DNA of 64,000 nt, taken from NCBI GenBank assembly GCA_964188305.1, contig OZ076888.1. One strand, written 5' to 3'. Positions 27,201-40,600 of the stretch are shown here, piece after piece (positions within the stretch are counted from its first letter, which is position 1; each line of letters opens with the position of its first letter). The stretch comes from Podarcis bocagei (taxonomy: Eukaryota). Both the position numbers and the translations under genes were made by a program. Below the pieces are notes generated by a model, which was not told the DNA's origin, ran no database searches, and worked only from the letters and a program-made list of their open reading frames with translations.

Positions 27201-30200
27201 TCTGGTTTTGAAAGAGAAAAGATAATGTAGATTGTTTCTGACCAGGTTCATTCTAGTGATTGGATTTCAAATTCATGTCCTTTTTTTAAATCCTTATCCC
27301 AATTTTTCTCAAGCCATCATAAATTAGTTGCTACTTTGAAGTATAGATGTCAGTGGTGCAGACTAGCCATTATAATTTTTCTAATGTATTGTACTATGCA
27401 TTTTTTTATCACCCAGCAGTTGTTTAAACCATCTGTGGTGAAGGCCACTGCATCACTGTATTTTGAACTTAGGTACACTTTGCAAATAACAAACCCTCTA
27501 CAAAGCATCGCTGCTGATGAGCAGTAAATGTCTTGAAAGGCCATTGGCATATTTTGTTCTTCCTTGTTGGTGCTTTGTTAGAATTTTAACTCATTACTCT
27601 GCAGAAACAAGCCTATAACACAGGGATAGGGAACCTGTGGTCCCCCATATGCTGTTGGACTACAAATCACATCATGCATGACTATTGGCCATGGGAGATA
27701 GAGTAGAACATCATCTGGAGGACCACAGGTTCCCCACCCCTGCTGTAACTTAACTGAATCAATATGAAAGGTTTGCTTGAGCTTTTATTTGAAGATGGTA
27801 CTACTTCAAGGAAATGATCTTATTATTGTTAGACTATGAATATACAAGTGGTATTGAAAGACTACATTATGGCGGTAAGAGAGTTGGCAAACCTGGTTCT
27901 CTCAGGTCTCCTGATAGACATTGAAGAATGTATTTAAGTTGCAAAGCAGGAAAGCAAACCTTGTACAGGAAATAAACTAAAATACTGTTAGGCCTGTGTC
28001 TGAAAGGATTATATCTTGAGTTAATTAAATAGGCTTGTGTATCTTTCCATTATAATTTCCTAATTATGCCTGTGTGAAAGGGAAGATTGTGCAATATATG
28101 AACTTCACCAGATTTTCTGTGGTGGTGGTGGTGGAGAACCAGGCACATCTGGTTTGTATACTCTGTGATAATTGTGTTTTCACTGTGGATTTCCTATCAT
28201 ACTTTAAAAAACCACTTTCATAATCCTCCTGACCAAATTCTTATTAGACTGATTTTATCAGTGTGCAGCTCAGCATAATGGAGCGATTGCCTTCGGGCTG
28301 CCAATTAGTTTGCTTTTTGTTCTGAGTCGTTCCACATACAAGATTCACTTTCACTAGTAGTTTATCATACCTGTAGTGATATGCTCCATGTGCCTGAAAT
28401 GGTTAAATCAGCAAGAATTTATACTAGTTGTGGTAGTAGCACATTAAATAATACATATAGTAAACCTGCAACTTAACCCGGGGGTTACGTTCCAAGGATC
28501 GCGCCTGAAGCCAAATCACATAAAGGCAAAACACACTGGGTTCCAATGCGGGTGGGATTGCCAAAGTCTTTTCCCCAGGACATCCCTTCCATTTTTAAAA
28601 AAGTGTTGTTGTTGTTTTGGCCAAACACATAAAGCTGGATGTGCACAAGTTGCTGGCTTACTGTACCATGGAATGCAATCTTTAGATGTCAGATTTTTTT
28701 TAAAAATCAGACATCTCTGCCCCTCTACTTTTTCAGAGAAGTACCAGGACTCTGTAGGGCCAGGTTGTGCTTCATGTGGGTATGTGGAGAATATCTGCAA
28801 ATATTCTATATTTAACTTTGATTTTAAGTATTGCTTTGCTTATTCTAAAGCTATGTCGGTGATGCCATAAAGTTATATTACTAGATTAAAGGGTTTTTCC
28901 CCCACTTTTGCCAACCATAATTCAGAAAGGACTTTGCTTAAGTAAGATTTTAAAGTTAAGAATACATGCACCTTTGCTAATACAGGCTAGGAGTTCTAAA
29001 ATTAGATATTGGTCGTGATCAATGACTGGTGGTACATGCCGAGATTGTACAAATAACTTCGGTTAATAAATGGTAATGAGAGGTAATTGTATTTCTTCTC
29101 AGAAACAACATATCTATGGCAATCCACTTCTGAACTCTTGGCACAGTACAGCTAATTTCCTGTTAAAGCTTCCTATTGAATAGGTCAGTTCAGTTACTAA
29201 AATCAAACAACCTTTTCCTTTCCATTTGGAGCATTGCACAACACCCATATTTTATTCAAGACCATCATAATTAAATGCAAGATTGGTCAAATGCAGGTGC
29301 ATTTTCTAGATGTGTCTGTTAACTTCCACAGAGGCTTTTCTAGTAGCTGTTGTGCTTAAATATGTTGCATGTTTTGAAATTAAATAAAATATTCAGGATT
29401 TGTTTGGATTCCATGCCCTTCTGTTTTGTAAGTACTTGTAGGGTACTTCCCTATGAACATCTAACATTTTTTTTTAAAATAGTATTTTTTAGCATCATAG
29501 TTTTTCTGTTTTAAACACATTAAATTGCCTTCATTCCCAATATGAGATTGTTCCTGAACTCTCAAACTTTTTAGGTAAGTCTGAACCTGTTATTTATTCT
29601 TAGTGAAATATAGTTAAAAATAAATTTCGCAATACCATACTCAGCTTCTGTTTATCTCCAAGCTGTGAAGTTATGGACTGACAAGGTTATGTTGATTGAA
29701 GTTGGGACTGATATGCATAGCAGAAAAGAAAGGTGTTGGATCAGCTGGTTAGTTTCCAGTAGTGTGGTGGTTTTTTTTAAAGAATTCAGAATGTAGACAA
29801 TGGAGGGCTGATCTAGAAGTTGTAAGGAACCAGAGATTTGCTCTGCCTCTTGATTGCAGACCTCACGGAAGACCTTGGGCTTGTGTATAGAAAGATTTCC
29901 CTTTTTATTATACTCCATGGGGAGATCTCTTGCACTTTCTTAGTTCTCATAGTGTATTCTACTTTCTTCTGAGAAACTTGTCATAGTTCAAGTCTGTTTT
30001 GTTCAGTATTAAACCATCTATGCTACAGAAGATGAACATTTTTGTTCACCCTAGTCATATCTTGTGATATCGTTAATTTTACTAGTTTTATTATTATTTT
30101 TACTTTTTGCTCATTTCCCGCTTCTGTTAGTACAAACCTAGTTGTTGGTAGAAAAACTTGCCTAGAATTCCAGTTTTAAAATAAATGTGCATGTGTGTTG

Positions 30201-33200
30201 CAGATTATAGCAAGTAGCAGCTGATTGCCTCAGGGTCAACTGGCAGGTGGGGAGCAAATTCACAAAGTGAATGTTCCTCTGACATTAAGATACATTAGGG
30301 AAAATCAAAAATCTGTACATAATAGGTAGCTTTTTTCATAGTTGCAGAAACATCCATGCAAGTGAGTTTGCTCCATTGTACACTGATAAAGTATTTGACT
30401 GCACTTTATGGTACATGGGTATGTAGTATTAAATACTTCAGATTTTAATCAGATATACTCAAAGCATTCTTTACTGACATTATTATAGGTTTATAATCAT
30501 TCTGCATTTAAACATATTTATTTTGACCCAATTAAAAATAAAGGATGAGTTGATTGATGGAATATGGTTGAATGCTGTAGCTTGACAAACATATACAGTT
30601 AAGCTTTGGCAGAACTGTCCACACATAATTTATAATGTTGTATCCATTGTAGAATTAAGTATATAATTTGCTATTAAAGCAATTTCTTTTTCTAATAATT
30701 ATTTACCACTTGACTTGAGTAGTGACATGCTTATTTGCAATCTGGTTCACTTTTAAATTCAGTTTACTAACCTTAAAAGACTAATGAAATTCCTATCAGA
30801 TATATTCTTATGGATGGTGTGTGTGTGTTAAGCCTTTAGAAGAGCATTAATTAAAAATCTGTTGGTAATTCATTCCCATTATTGTCATTTTGCCGAGTCT
30901 TAAGCTTTCAGGTATTACATGCAATAGTTAGGCTTTCATTGCAAATGTCTCAGTACTGATTCTCACAATGGTCACTTATCTTTAATAGTCAAACCCCCCA
31001 CCCAATTAATGCAGTATATATATACATACTTGTATGCACATGCTAAATAAATTAATATTGTGAGTTTTTTGCAGCTCTTCATGCTTAACTTCAGCTCCAG
31101 CTAGATATTTTACTCCTTGTTTGTGAAATTTTAGGGGGTTCATCCACTTAATGAAGAATTTGATTTTCAATGGTTCATCAGTACTTAAAATCGGTATGAG
31201 TGAGATCATAAGAAACAGTTTGGCATATTTAGGGCCAAGTCATAGCTTTAGTATGTGGAGCACATAAAAAATACAGACTCTCTGTATTGGCAACTGACTG
31301 CAAAGGTTCAGAACATACTGGACATACATATAGTAAAGCTTTATGCTTCAAATGATTTGTGCCTTAGTATGATTCGTTTCTTAGTACAATTGATACATAT
31401 TCAGGAAAAAATACATTTATTGGACTGGAAATTCTTACTACAACTTTTTGATCATGATCATTTTTATACTCCAGATGTTTGTTTTATACTTTTTGTTTTC
31501 TGTTGAAATTATTGATGATATATCTACAAATTTGTACTAATTTGAAATTGTTTATGCAATAAAATGAGGAAGTCTTTGATATGAATGATAAATTTGCTTT
31601 TACCTTTCATTAATGGTTTTGTTTTTAAAAAAGGCTTACTACTTTATTTTGTAAGGCTGCCTTACTTTAGAAGTGTAGTAGCTCTTGATAATGCAACGAT
31701 TTATTCTGGAATACAACAGCGAATTTATCTTGAACCATTTTTACTCTGTTCTTTCTTTAAAACAAACTGGCCATGATCATAAGTTGTTGCTTTAGTCTTA
31801 CATATTCTATGAATATCTATAGTATAAATTATATACACAAACACAAGTAAAAATCTACTTAGCTTGTTTCAGGCAGATTAGTCTGTGAAGCTCACCAACA
31901 TTTAACTTACGGGACAGGCCACGAAATATCTAAGTAGCCTATGCAGATTAAGGAGTTCTGCGTATCCAAATATTTTATGGCCTCTCTTGTTTAAAGCTGC
32001 TCTTTCATTATCCATACTTGATTAGCATTTTTGTTTTACAATATTGCTTTAATTTGCACAGTGAACTACATACAGCTGGACCCCTTACGTACAAGAAACC
32101 ACCTGGGATTTGGGATCAAAAATCCTCAAAACTTGCTATAAAAAAGTATTTCTTCAACCATTTTGACATTTTCATATCTTTCTCATTTCTTTGTTTTACA
32201 ACGCAGGCTGTAACACTTTAGTACTATTCTACAGACAGAAAGTTCCTACAACACATATTCAAGTGCCCTGTGTCCCGCTATTTAGTACTTGATAGTCAAG
32301 CACTGTTGGCACTTGGTTGTGAGCTCTGCACATTCCCAGTTGGCTGAAATTTTGACACCAGTATTAACATTTCCCTCTTTCCTAGCAATATTGATATCTT
32401 CAAATAGCCAGTCAATTTTTCCTCTGTGCTGGTGTCACTGAGGGCAGATTACAATAATTCATAATACGGGTAATGCCTACTTGTAGGGGTTGGGGCACCT
32501 GCTTTCCTCCAGATATTGTTGGAGTTAGAGCTCCCATCATGGTCAGTGACCAAGGTTGATGGAAATTTTATTCCCACAACATCTGGAGGGCCACAAGTTC
32601 CCCACCACTGGCTATTCGGAGGCACCGGCCCTCAGTTTGAATTAGCATTGTTTTCCGTCAATGATTCCCAAGCCAAATATAGCTACCAGTTTGGTAGTTG
32701 AAGAGGATCATTTTTCTGACAGTTCAAATTTAAGTAAAATGCATCCTGATGTAGGAAACAGTATATTGACACAGTGGTAGAACTTCTTATTTAAATAGTG
32801 CTTACTATACTACCTGGAAATATGATTCCTCAGAAGGTTAATCCTTAGGAGTAAACCTGATGCACTGGATGCAACTGTACTGTAATGACAATCGTATTAT
32901 CAAGGGCCCTTTTTATTTTCAGACACAGAATGTAAAAGAGGTTCATCATATTTTGGGAAAGGAAATACACCCTACCGTCTCATTATAATATTAAGTTCCA
33001 TTTTAAAATGCTATTTGGGAGTGTTAGTAACCTCTTTGAGAGTATCTATGTGTGCTTTTGGTATCGTGCTATGGAACCATACAGAGAATTGGGTTCTGTA
33101 AATATGAATGCACAGAACCAGTTCTTTAACTACCATTGCAGGTAAGTAAAATATGCATCTTAGAACACATGGCATGGGTAAAAATGCTATTTCAGTTTTC

Positions 33201-34594
33201 TAGTGTGCAAGCACTTCAATGAGCATATACTGCTTAGGGGTGAGAGCAGGAGATGTTACAATTCCTCTTTTTTCTTTTTTGCTAAAGACAGCAAGATCTG
33301 GGTGTTTCCTTACTTGGTATCTGTGTGGCACTTGCAGATATGCTCAGATATGCTATTTACTTTTGTCTCTGTGCAACCATGAATTCCTTCCTTTGTACTT
33401 GTCTATACCTGTAGCAGTCATAGAAAAGGAAGACATGAGGCAAAGAATGAATTGCTTTTCTTTAAAGGCCTCAGCCTCTTATAGGAAGGGGCTACGGCAT
33501 CAAGGTTTATTTACAGCTTGAAGTAGTAAATTCTGTTCTTACAATAGGGTCATGGAGAGGAGGAATAATGGCAATGAGTCTTTTTCAATGGGGTATTCAG
33601 TTTTAGAGGGGTTATAGGATCCTATTTTGATTACTCATGTCAAAAGGTTGAACAGCTTGTAGAAAATAGATTGCTGTTCAAAATAGTGCAAGAAACATGT
33701 CCTAAAAATCAGACTCTTCGGATATTCAGGAGTCACTTTTTCATATCTGCCATTTTTGGGGTTTTTTTAATGGTATTAAACCGTGTGTGGGATTGGAATG
33801 CTAGCCTGTTGTATTTTTTGAGAAGCTGTCACATTTATTTTTGAAAGAAGATATTGTATATATACAATAGACAGCTACCCAACCCTCAGTTTTCAGAGGC
33901 ACGTAGACTGGGTGCATCATTTATGGAGCCATAGTGTAAGCACATTGGGGACTTGCTCGGTTTTCAGAAGTCGTTTTGAATAAATCACAAATCTACTTTT
34001 GCTAAGTTGTGCACTCTTGGAAGGTTCTATCCTTCATTCATTCACATAAGTAGGATCAGGTCTGAAACTATTATGAAATCTTATCCATAGTGTCTGCTGC
34101 CATTTTATTGCATGCATACTAATATCAGCTAAGTGTATAGCGTCTTTTTAAAAACAAAGCCTGGCATACTGTAACTTGTAATGTGTTTATACAACTTGTC
34201 AATGCATCAGTGTCCAACAGAAAGGCTGATGGCTACAAACCTTTTGTAGAAGTCATACTTTTAATATACATAAATAAGAGTTTGAGGAGTTTAACATCTG
34301 ATTGCTGAAGAATGAGGGGTGGGGGTGGAAGTACAAATGGATTTTTATGCATTATTGTGACCTGTACTAATGTATGTATTAATAAATGTAGAATGTAAGT
34401 TGTCTGCGGTACTACTGAAACTCACCTGCTTTCAAGAAAATCAGTTTACTTAGCAGTAGTTTGACTTCTAATTTTTCAAATTAGGAAATGCTTGTTGGAT
34501 GTAGATTTTCAAAAGACACAACACTTGAGGACACCCCCCCCTTTAACTGCTGTTAAATTGAAGGTGTTGTGCATTGTATTAGCTTCTCTACAGC

Positions 34595-34632
<38 letters not shown>

Positions 34633-37600
34633 TAATTTATTTATACCCCACCCATCTGGCTGGGCTTCCCCAGCCACTCTGGGCGGCTTCCAAAAAAATA
34701 TTAAAATACTATAATACATCAAACATTAAAAACTTCACTAAACAGGGCTGCCTTCAGATGTCTTCTAAAAGTCTGGTAGTTGTTTTTCTCTTTGACATCT
34801 GGTGGGAGGGCGTTCCACAGGGAAGGCGCCACTACCGAGAAGGCCCTTTACCTGGTTCCCTGTAACTTGGCTTCTCGCAGTGAGGGAACCGCCAGAAGGC
34901 CCTCGGTGCTGGACCTCAGTGTCCGGGTAGAACGATGGGGGTGGAGACGCTCCTTCAGGTATACTGGACCGAGGCCATTTAGGGCTTTAAAGGTCAGCAC
35001 CAACACTTTGAATTGTGCTCGGAAACGTACTGGGAGCTAATGTAGGTCTTTCAAGACCGGTGTTATGTGGTCTCTTTAGTCCCACTTCTGTGACATGATT
35101 TGCATCCGTCTAAAATTAAACCTGCAGCTGAAAAACTATATAAAACTACTGTTTCAAAGTGCAGACCTCTCTGGAAACACGGAAGTTGGATTCAGTGGCA
35201 AAGAAAGTGCAGTTTTACACATGGTCAGACAGGCTCATCTACAGACACACACAAAAGGCACCACTAATTATAAGGCGAAAGACTTGTTTCTAAAGTTCCT
35301 TCTGTGCTTTTCATATCCACAACTTTCACTCACACTCTAAACACACATTTTCCCTCTTTGTGAAATGATACTATCAAAAGTAGATGCGGCATCCCTTCTA
35401 AATAACCAGTCAGTTGTCAGGCAGGCTGCAAAATTGTCTGTTGACTCCCATGTATAATGGGAGGCCTTTTAATAGTCACTGACTGTAAAAATCATGCTGA
35501 TTTGCATTGTTTCAAAACCACTCCCATCTTTAATCTCACCCCACCCCACTCCCATGATTCTCTTCAATTCTTTTGCTTCCTGCAGAAGATGAGAGGTGGG
35601 GCAAAAGAAATTCATCTTTAGAAAAGAAAAGAAAAAAGCTGTAGCAGTATTCCTTTATCATATACCTGTTAAAATGCAATACTGCTAATGGGCAATGCGA
35701 GACACTGGCAGAGCTTTCTTTACTTAGTGTGTTTTAAGGAAAGATTTCACCCCCACGGTTGTTTCTATAATTGTGGTCATAATGTACTGGATGCCATCTG
35801 CTCACAATCTCATACACACAATGAAAAGAATATTAGCCTTGAAACCGAGCAGCATTTTCAAATAGTGTTTTTTTTTAAGAGAGAGAGAGAGAGAAAGAAA
35901 GAAAGAAAGAAAGAAAGAGAAAAACACATTAAAGATCGGTTTCTTTTGGAAAGGAAATGAAATACTAAAGACTCTGGGGGAAGTCCAAGCTGCTTCTTGC
36001 TTGTATTTGACTTGTACGTTCAAGCAGATTTCCCGTAAACTGCTTTCCCAGCAAGGAACAAATGCCAACAAATACGCTGGATCTTACAGATACGATACTA
36101 AAAGTCAGGAGGAGGAGCAGGGGACTGCATGAGCTGATACAATACACAGTAGACTGGCCAAAGAATGTTAATAGTTAACTTCCCTGATATTCTGAATCTC
36201 TTCCAGGTGACCTAAGTGTAACACTGTTTAGCTTCCTGAGTTAACCAGTGGGAATGCATGCACTTAAACTTCCTCTCCTTTTTGAATTGCCTCCCCTTTC
36301 TTTTGGCATTCATTACTTTTAAAAGGCTTTGCTTCCTGAGTCAAACGAGAGAGCAGTCAGTTCCTTTCAGTAGTGTAGCACTGTAGCAGAAGCCTTGCAG
36401 CTGGCTGCCCTCCAATTTCTTAATCCCGCTTCAAATAAGTGTTGAAAAGTATTACGTGCCTGTTTATTACTGGGCCTTAATATCACTTTGAGTGGATACT
36501 TTGGGGCAGTTCAGTGGAACTTTTTTTTGCTGTTTACAGTGGAATCAAGAATAAATGTTGGCCGGAGCACAAAGCTTCATGCTGTCTTTCTGAGGCTGTA
36601 CAGAATGGAATTTGGAGTGGGAGTGGCAGACATATCTGGGGCAGCACTTACTGGTGTCAGCGTAGGAGCCCTTTCTGGCATTACCCTGTCCAAAACAGCT
36701 TTAGCATTGGAATAATAATGATAATATATATTAATTATAACAGGGGAAATGTCAGCCATAATTCAAATGCAAGAAACTTTCAAAATGCATAAATAGAGAA
36801 GCTGTTTTGCTGTGAAAGTGAGGGACAATGGGATGAACAGCCTAATTTTGAAGTTTTGTGCTCTAGGTAGCAAATTGCAATGCTAGGGCTCCAGAATGCT
36901 TAACATTGCAATTCGGATCTGTGCCGTTTAGTTCCCATTTTGTGCAAAGCTCCTGTGCTGGACTAGATAGGCCTTCAGCCTGATCTAACCTGATATTCTT
37001 ACATGATACTGATCATGGAATTTGCTTGCATTAAAATTGAGAGACCTTCTCTGTGGAGAACAGTATTTTGTGAAATAGCTTGCTTGCTTTAAAGAAAAGC
37101 TACAAGAAATGGAAAATTTACTCTAGCTTGGTAATGTTCACAATGCTAAAACATTGTTTTGATAAGCTTCTTTTTCATTCCTTGCTACATAACAATTACG
37201 TTGTGCCGCGGCTGTCCGGACACACCCTCAAACATTACTTGACAAATGAAATAACTTATCTCCACCCAGTTAGTGATGCAACATGGTTTAAAGACTGTAG
37301 AGGAAGCTGTATTTAGTATGGGTAGCTGTTTAAAAGCTGCTATGTGGTTACAAAGTCAGGAAGGGCATGCAATCTGCATTCTCCCTATTTCTAGTTTCGT
37401 ATTTCCTATCCGTACATACACAGTTTCTGAAATCAAATGTATGCTGAACTCTGAAAACATGGAGCTTTCCCATTTTTGTTCTCCTGCTTTCCGTTCCCTG
37501 TTTTTCAGGGCCATTGTGTCTCTTGTGCTCTATTTGCAGAAAGTAGTAAGAACTCGAACTCTCCACGAGGAATATGTTGAAGCAGTATATTGTGGTCTTG

Positions 37601-40600
37601 ATCTGTTTAGCCATAACAGAGGAAATGGGATTGTTGTTGTTGTAGGTTGCTTTTGTTCAAAAGTCTAAATTCCTAGCTAATTCCAGTTTGACCTCCAAGA
37701 AATTGTACCTAACATTTTCAAAGACTGCTTTAAAATATTTGTGGGCTCATTAAAAAAATAATAATAATTAAGCAAACCAGGGGAGACAACTACTTGCAAG
37801 TGTTATGTCGATTTGGTGATGTGCCTGGTGGTATTTTGTTGAAGCAAAACCAATTTTTAACCTCTTTCTCCTCCCCACTTCCTTCCTAATGTGACACTTA
37901 GGTCCTCAGCTGTCTTCCTTTGTAATGAAGAGTCCAATGACTCTGAACCCCTCGTTTCATGTGAATATGAACACACCTGGCCAGGGCTCATCTCCCCTTT
38001 TGAGTCCTGTCCTGAGCGATGTTGGTGGTGCCAGGATAGAAGAAGAGGATGAGGCAAGGCGTAAGGTAAGGCAAGGACAAGGAGGGTGATTTGTGTTTGT
38101 TTGTTTGTTTCATGAGCCTCTGCTTCAGTTTCTGATTTCTTTGTTGGGGCTTATTCACATTTACCTTTCCTCTACTCTTTCCACACACAGTCCATGGTTT
38201 AAACCTCTGTGTCCAAGTTGCCCCCTCCCCCTTTTTTTTTTTGCTCCAGAGCTTTCCCTGTAAAAACCCACTCTTTAAATTTCAATCAGAGGAAACATCA
38301 ATCCACAGAAAACTTTGAAGAGTGGGTTTTCACAGGGAAAGCTTGGGGCAAAACAAAACAAAATAAACCACTTGGACACAGAGCGTTAAAGTGCAGACCT
38401 CTGCATAGAAAGAGCATGGCAAAAGGTAAGCGTACATAAGCCCTTAGATATTAGCAATGTGCAAATCTGCCAGTGCTATACTATCGTACTGTCTTGTGTA
38501 CTATTAAACTTCCCACACAATGGTTTTTCTTGACCTGTGTTAAAATAAATACACGACACTTTGCTACTATAAAACTGCTAGAAGGAACAATCCTTTGTTC
38601 CAGCTGTTTCAAAGTGAGATATGAACTAAATGCTTTTCTTTACCTCAAGAGCACCATTTTTGTCCTTTCTGTTTGTGGGGAATAGTTGTACTGTAAAACA
38701 TTAGAGACAGTTATAGAAAGTACATTAATTCCAACTCTCTGAGTGCTTTTCTGCAGTCTAATAATCCACTATTTCTTGTCAAAAACAAATCCTTCTCTTT
38801 AACACATTTTTCAGGTGGGAATGAGCTGGTTTTGTTGTTTAGCAAGCTCAGTTCAACCCATAGACAGTTTATCTTATTTAACAACCGTATTGATTACTGC
38901 TGGTGAATCATGCTGGTAAATCAATTTTGGTAAACGTGAAATTAACTAGAACGAAAGGCAAAACCCTTATTTTGCATGTCTAAGCAGGAGGGAAATCAAC
39001 CATACAATTAGGAGTTCTATCTTCCCACTGCAAAAATCATGAAATTTTTGCACCTTTGTATCTTACACTTAGAAGAATTTGGGAAAGTTTGGGGTTGGGC
39101 ATTTTTTGTGTTTGGAGTATGTTCCATAATCCTAATCTAGGACTTTTTCTGTTGAAAATAATACAGTAAACCTCAAGGTTGTGGTTTGGTGCCTTATCTG
39201 AGGTTAGATGAGGTATATTAAAAAGCAAATTTGTGGCTTCCTGTACCCATGTTTCTGTTTCCATCAGGCTCAATGTGACAATGCCAGTTACCATCAATGT
39301 CAGGAATGTGCACTACTAGTTGAATCCAATCTGTGAATTAGGGCCACTGCTGGTTAGTTCTTACCGTATCTGCTTGGTCACAGGTAACAGTGTGTTTCAA
39401 GCAACTAACTCTAGATCAGGATCAAGGTGTGGCTTAACGAAACTCATATTCACATCTCAGGTTCAGGATTCCTACTGACTCATCTGAAGAATACATTTGG
39501 TATATTTGATTCAAATATTTCCTTTAAAAGCCACACACTTCAAAACCATTTAGAGCAGGAGGCTTTGGTTTTGGCTCTCCTTTTATATTGGCACATCTGG
39601 ATGGTCAAAGGAGTCTTCTTATATAGCTCAGCCAAGGTTTCTTAATAAGAAACATTTTCTGTTTCATTTATTTGGGATTTGCTTTTATCTTTCAGAGGTA
39701 CCCAGCAGACAAAGCCTATTTCATTGCAAAAGAAATTCTTGCTACTGAACGAACTTATTTAAAAGACTTGGAAGTCCTAACTGTAGTAAGTGATTTAAAC
39801 CCACTTTTCCCTAAAAAGAGTTGTTTTAATAGTTGTATGTGTAAATTGTGAATTGTAAATTGTGTGCTATTGCAGTCCCTTAGCCTCAGGGTAAAATTGG
39901 TTATAAACTGGAATTTCCCAGATGGAATATTTGCAAAACGTCTCTTGTGCATCTTGTTTAGAGTATGTGTCTGCTGCCAGAGGACTTGTTTGATATTGTT
40001 GAAATTTGTTTGCATGTTGTTGTTTTTCTGGGTTCTTTGATACTTTTTACATTGCTGATACCAAGAACAGGAAGCCAAACATCTGCTTCTTATTTATCTC
40101 TCCTCTGCAGTGGTTCCGCAGTGCAGTTGTCAAGGAAAATGCCATGCCTGAAGGTCTCATGACCTTGCTGTTCTCAAACATAGACCCCATCTATGAATTT
40201 CACAGAGGTTTTCTGAAAGAGCTTGAACAGCGGCTAGCACTATGGTAAGTGTTAACATCATTGTGAAGGCAAACATTTGAATCTGGTCAAAAAGAGAAGA
40301 AATATGGTTTCTTTGTTTTAAATTTCCAGGTCTGGCATGCCTATTTTTGCAAAATACATATAAACTTCAGAGAGGTTTAGTTGATAGCATACAGTGTTAA
40401 CCCTTTTCTTCCGTTTTTAAAATGATTATTTGATTATTGAGACTCCAATTTGAGCTACAAATTGAAACAGGAAACATGGTTAGTTTGCTGAGAAATGAAT
40501 GGAAACAGTTTTGGAACTCTTTTATAGTTATTGTTAGTATGCTTTAGTTTCTAGAAAACAGTTCCTACTGGAAAATAATTGTAAGATTCAATTTCCCAAG

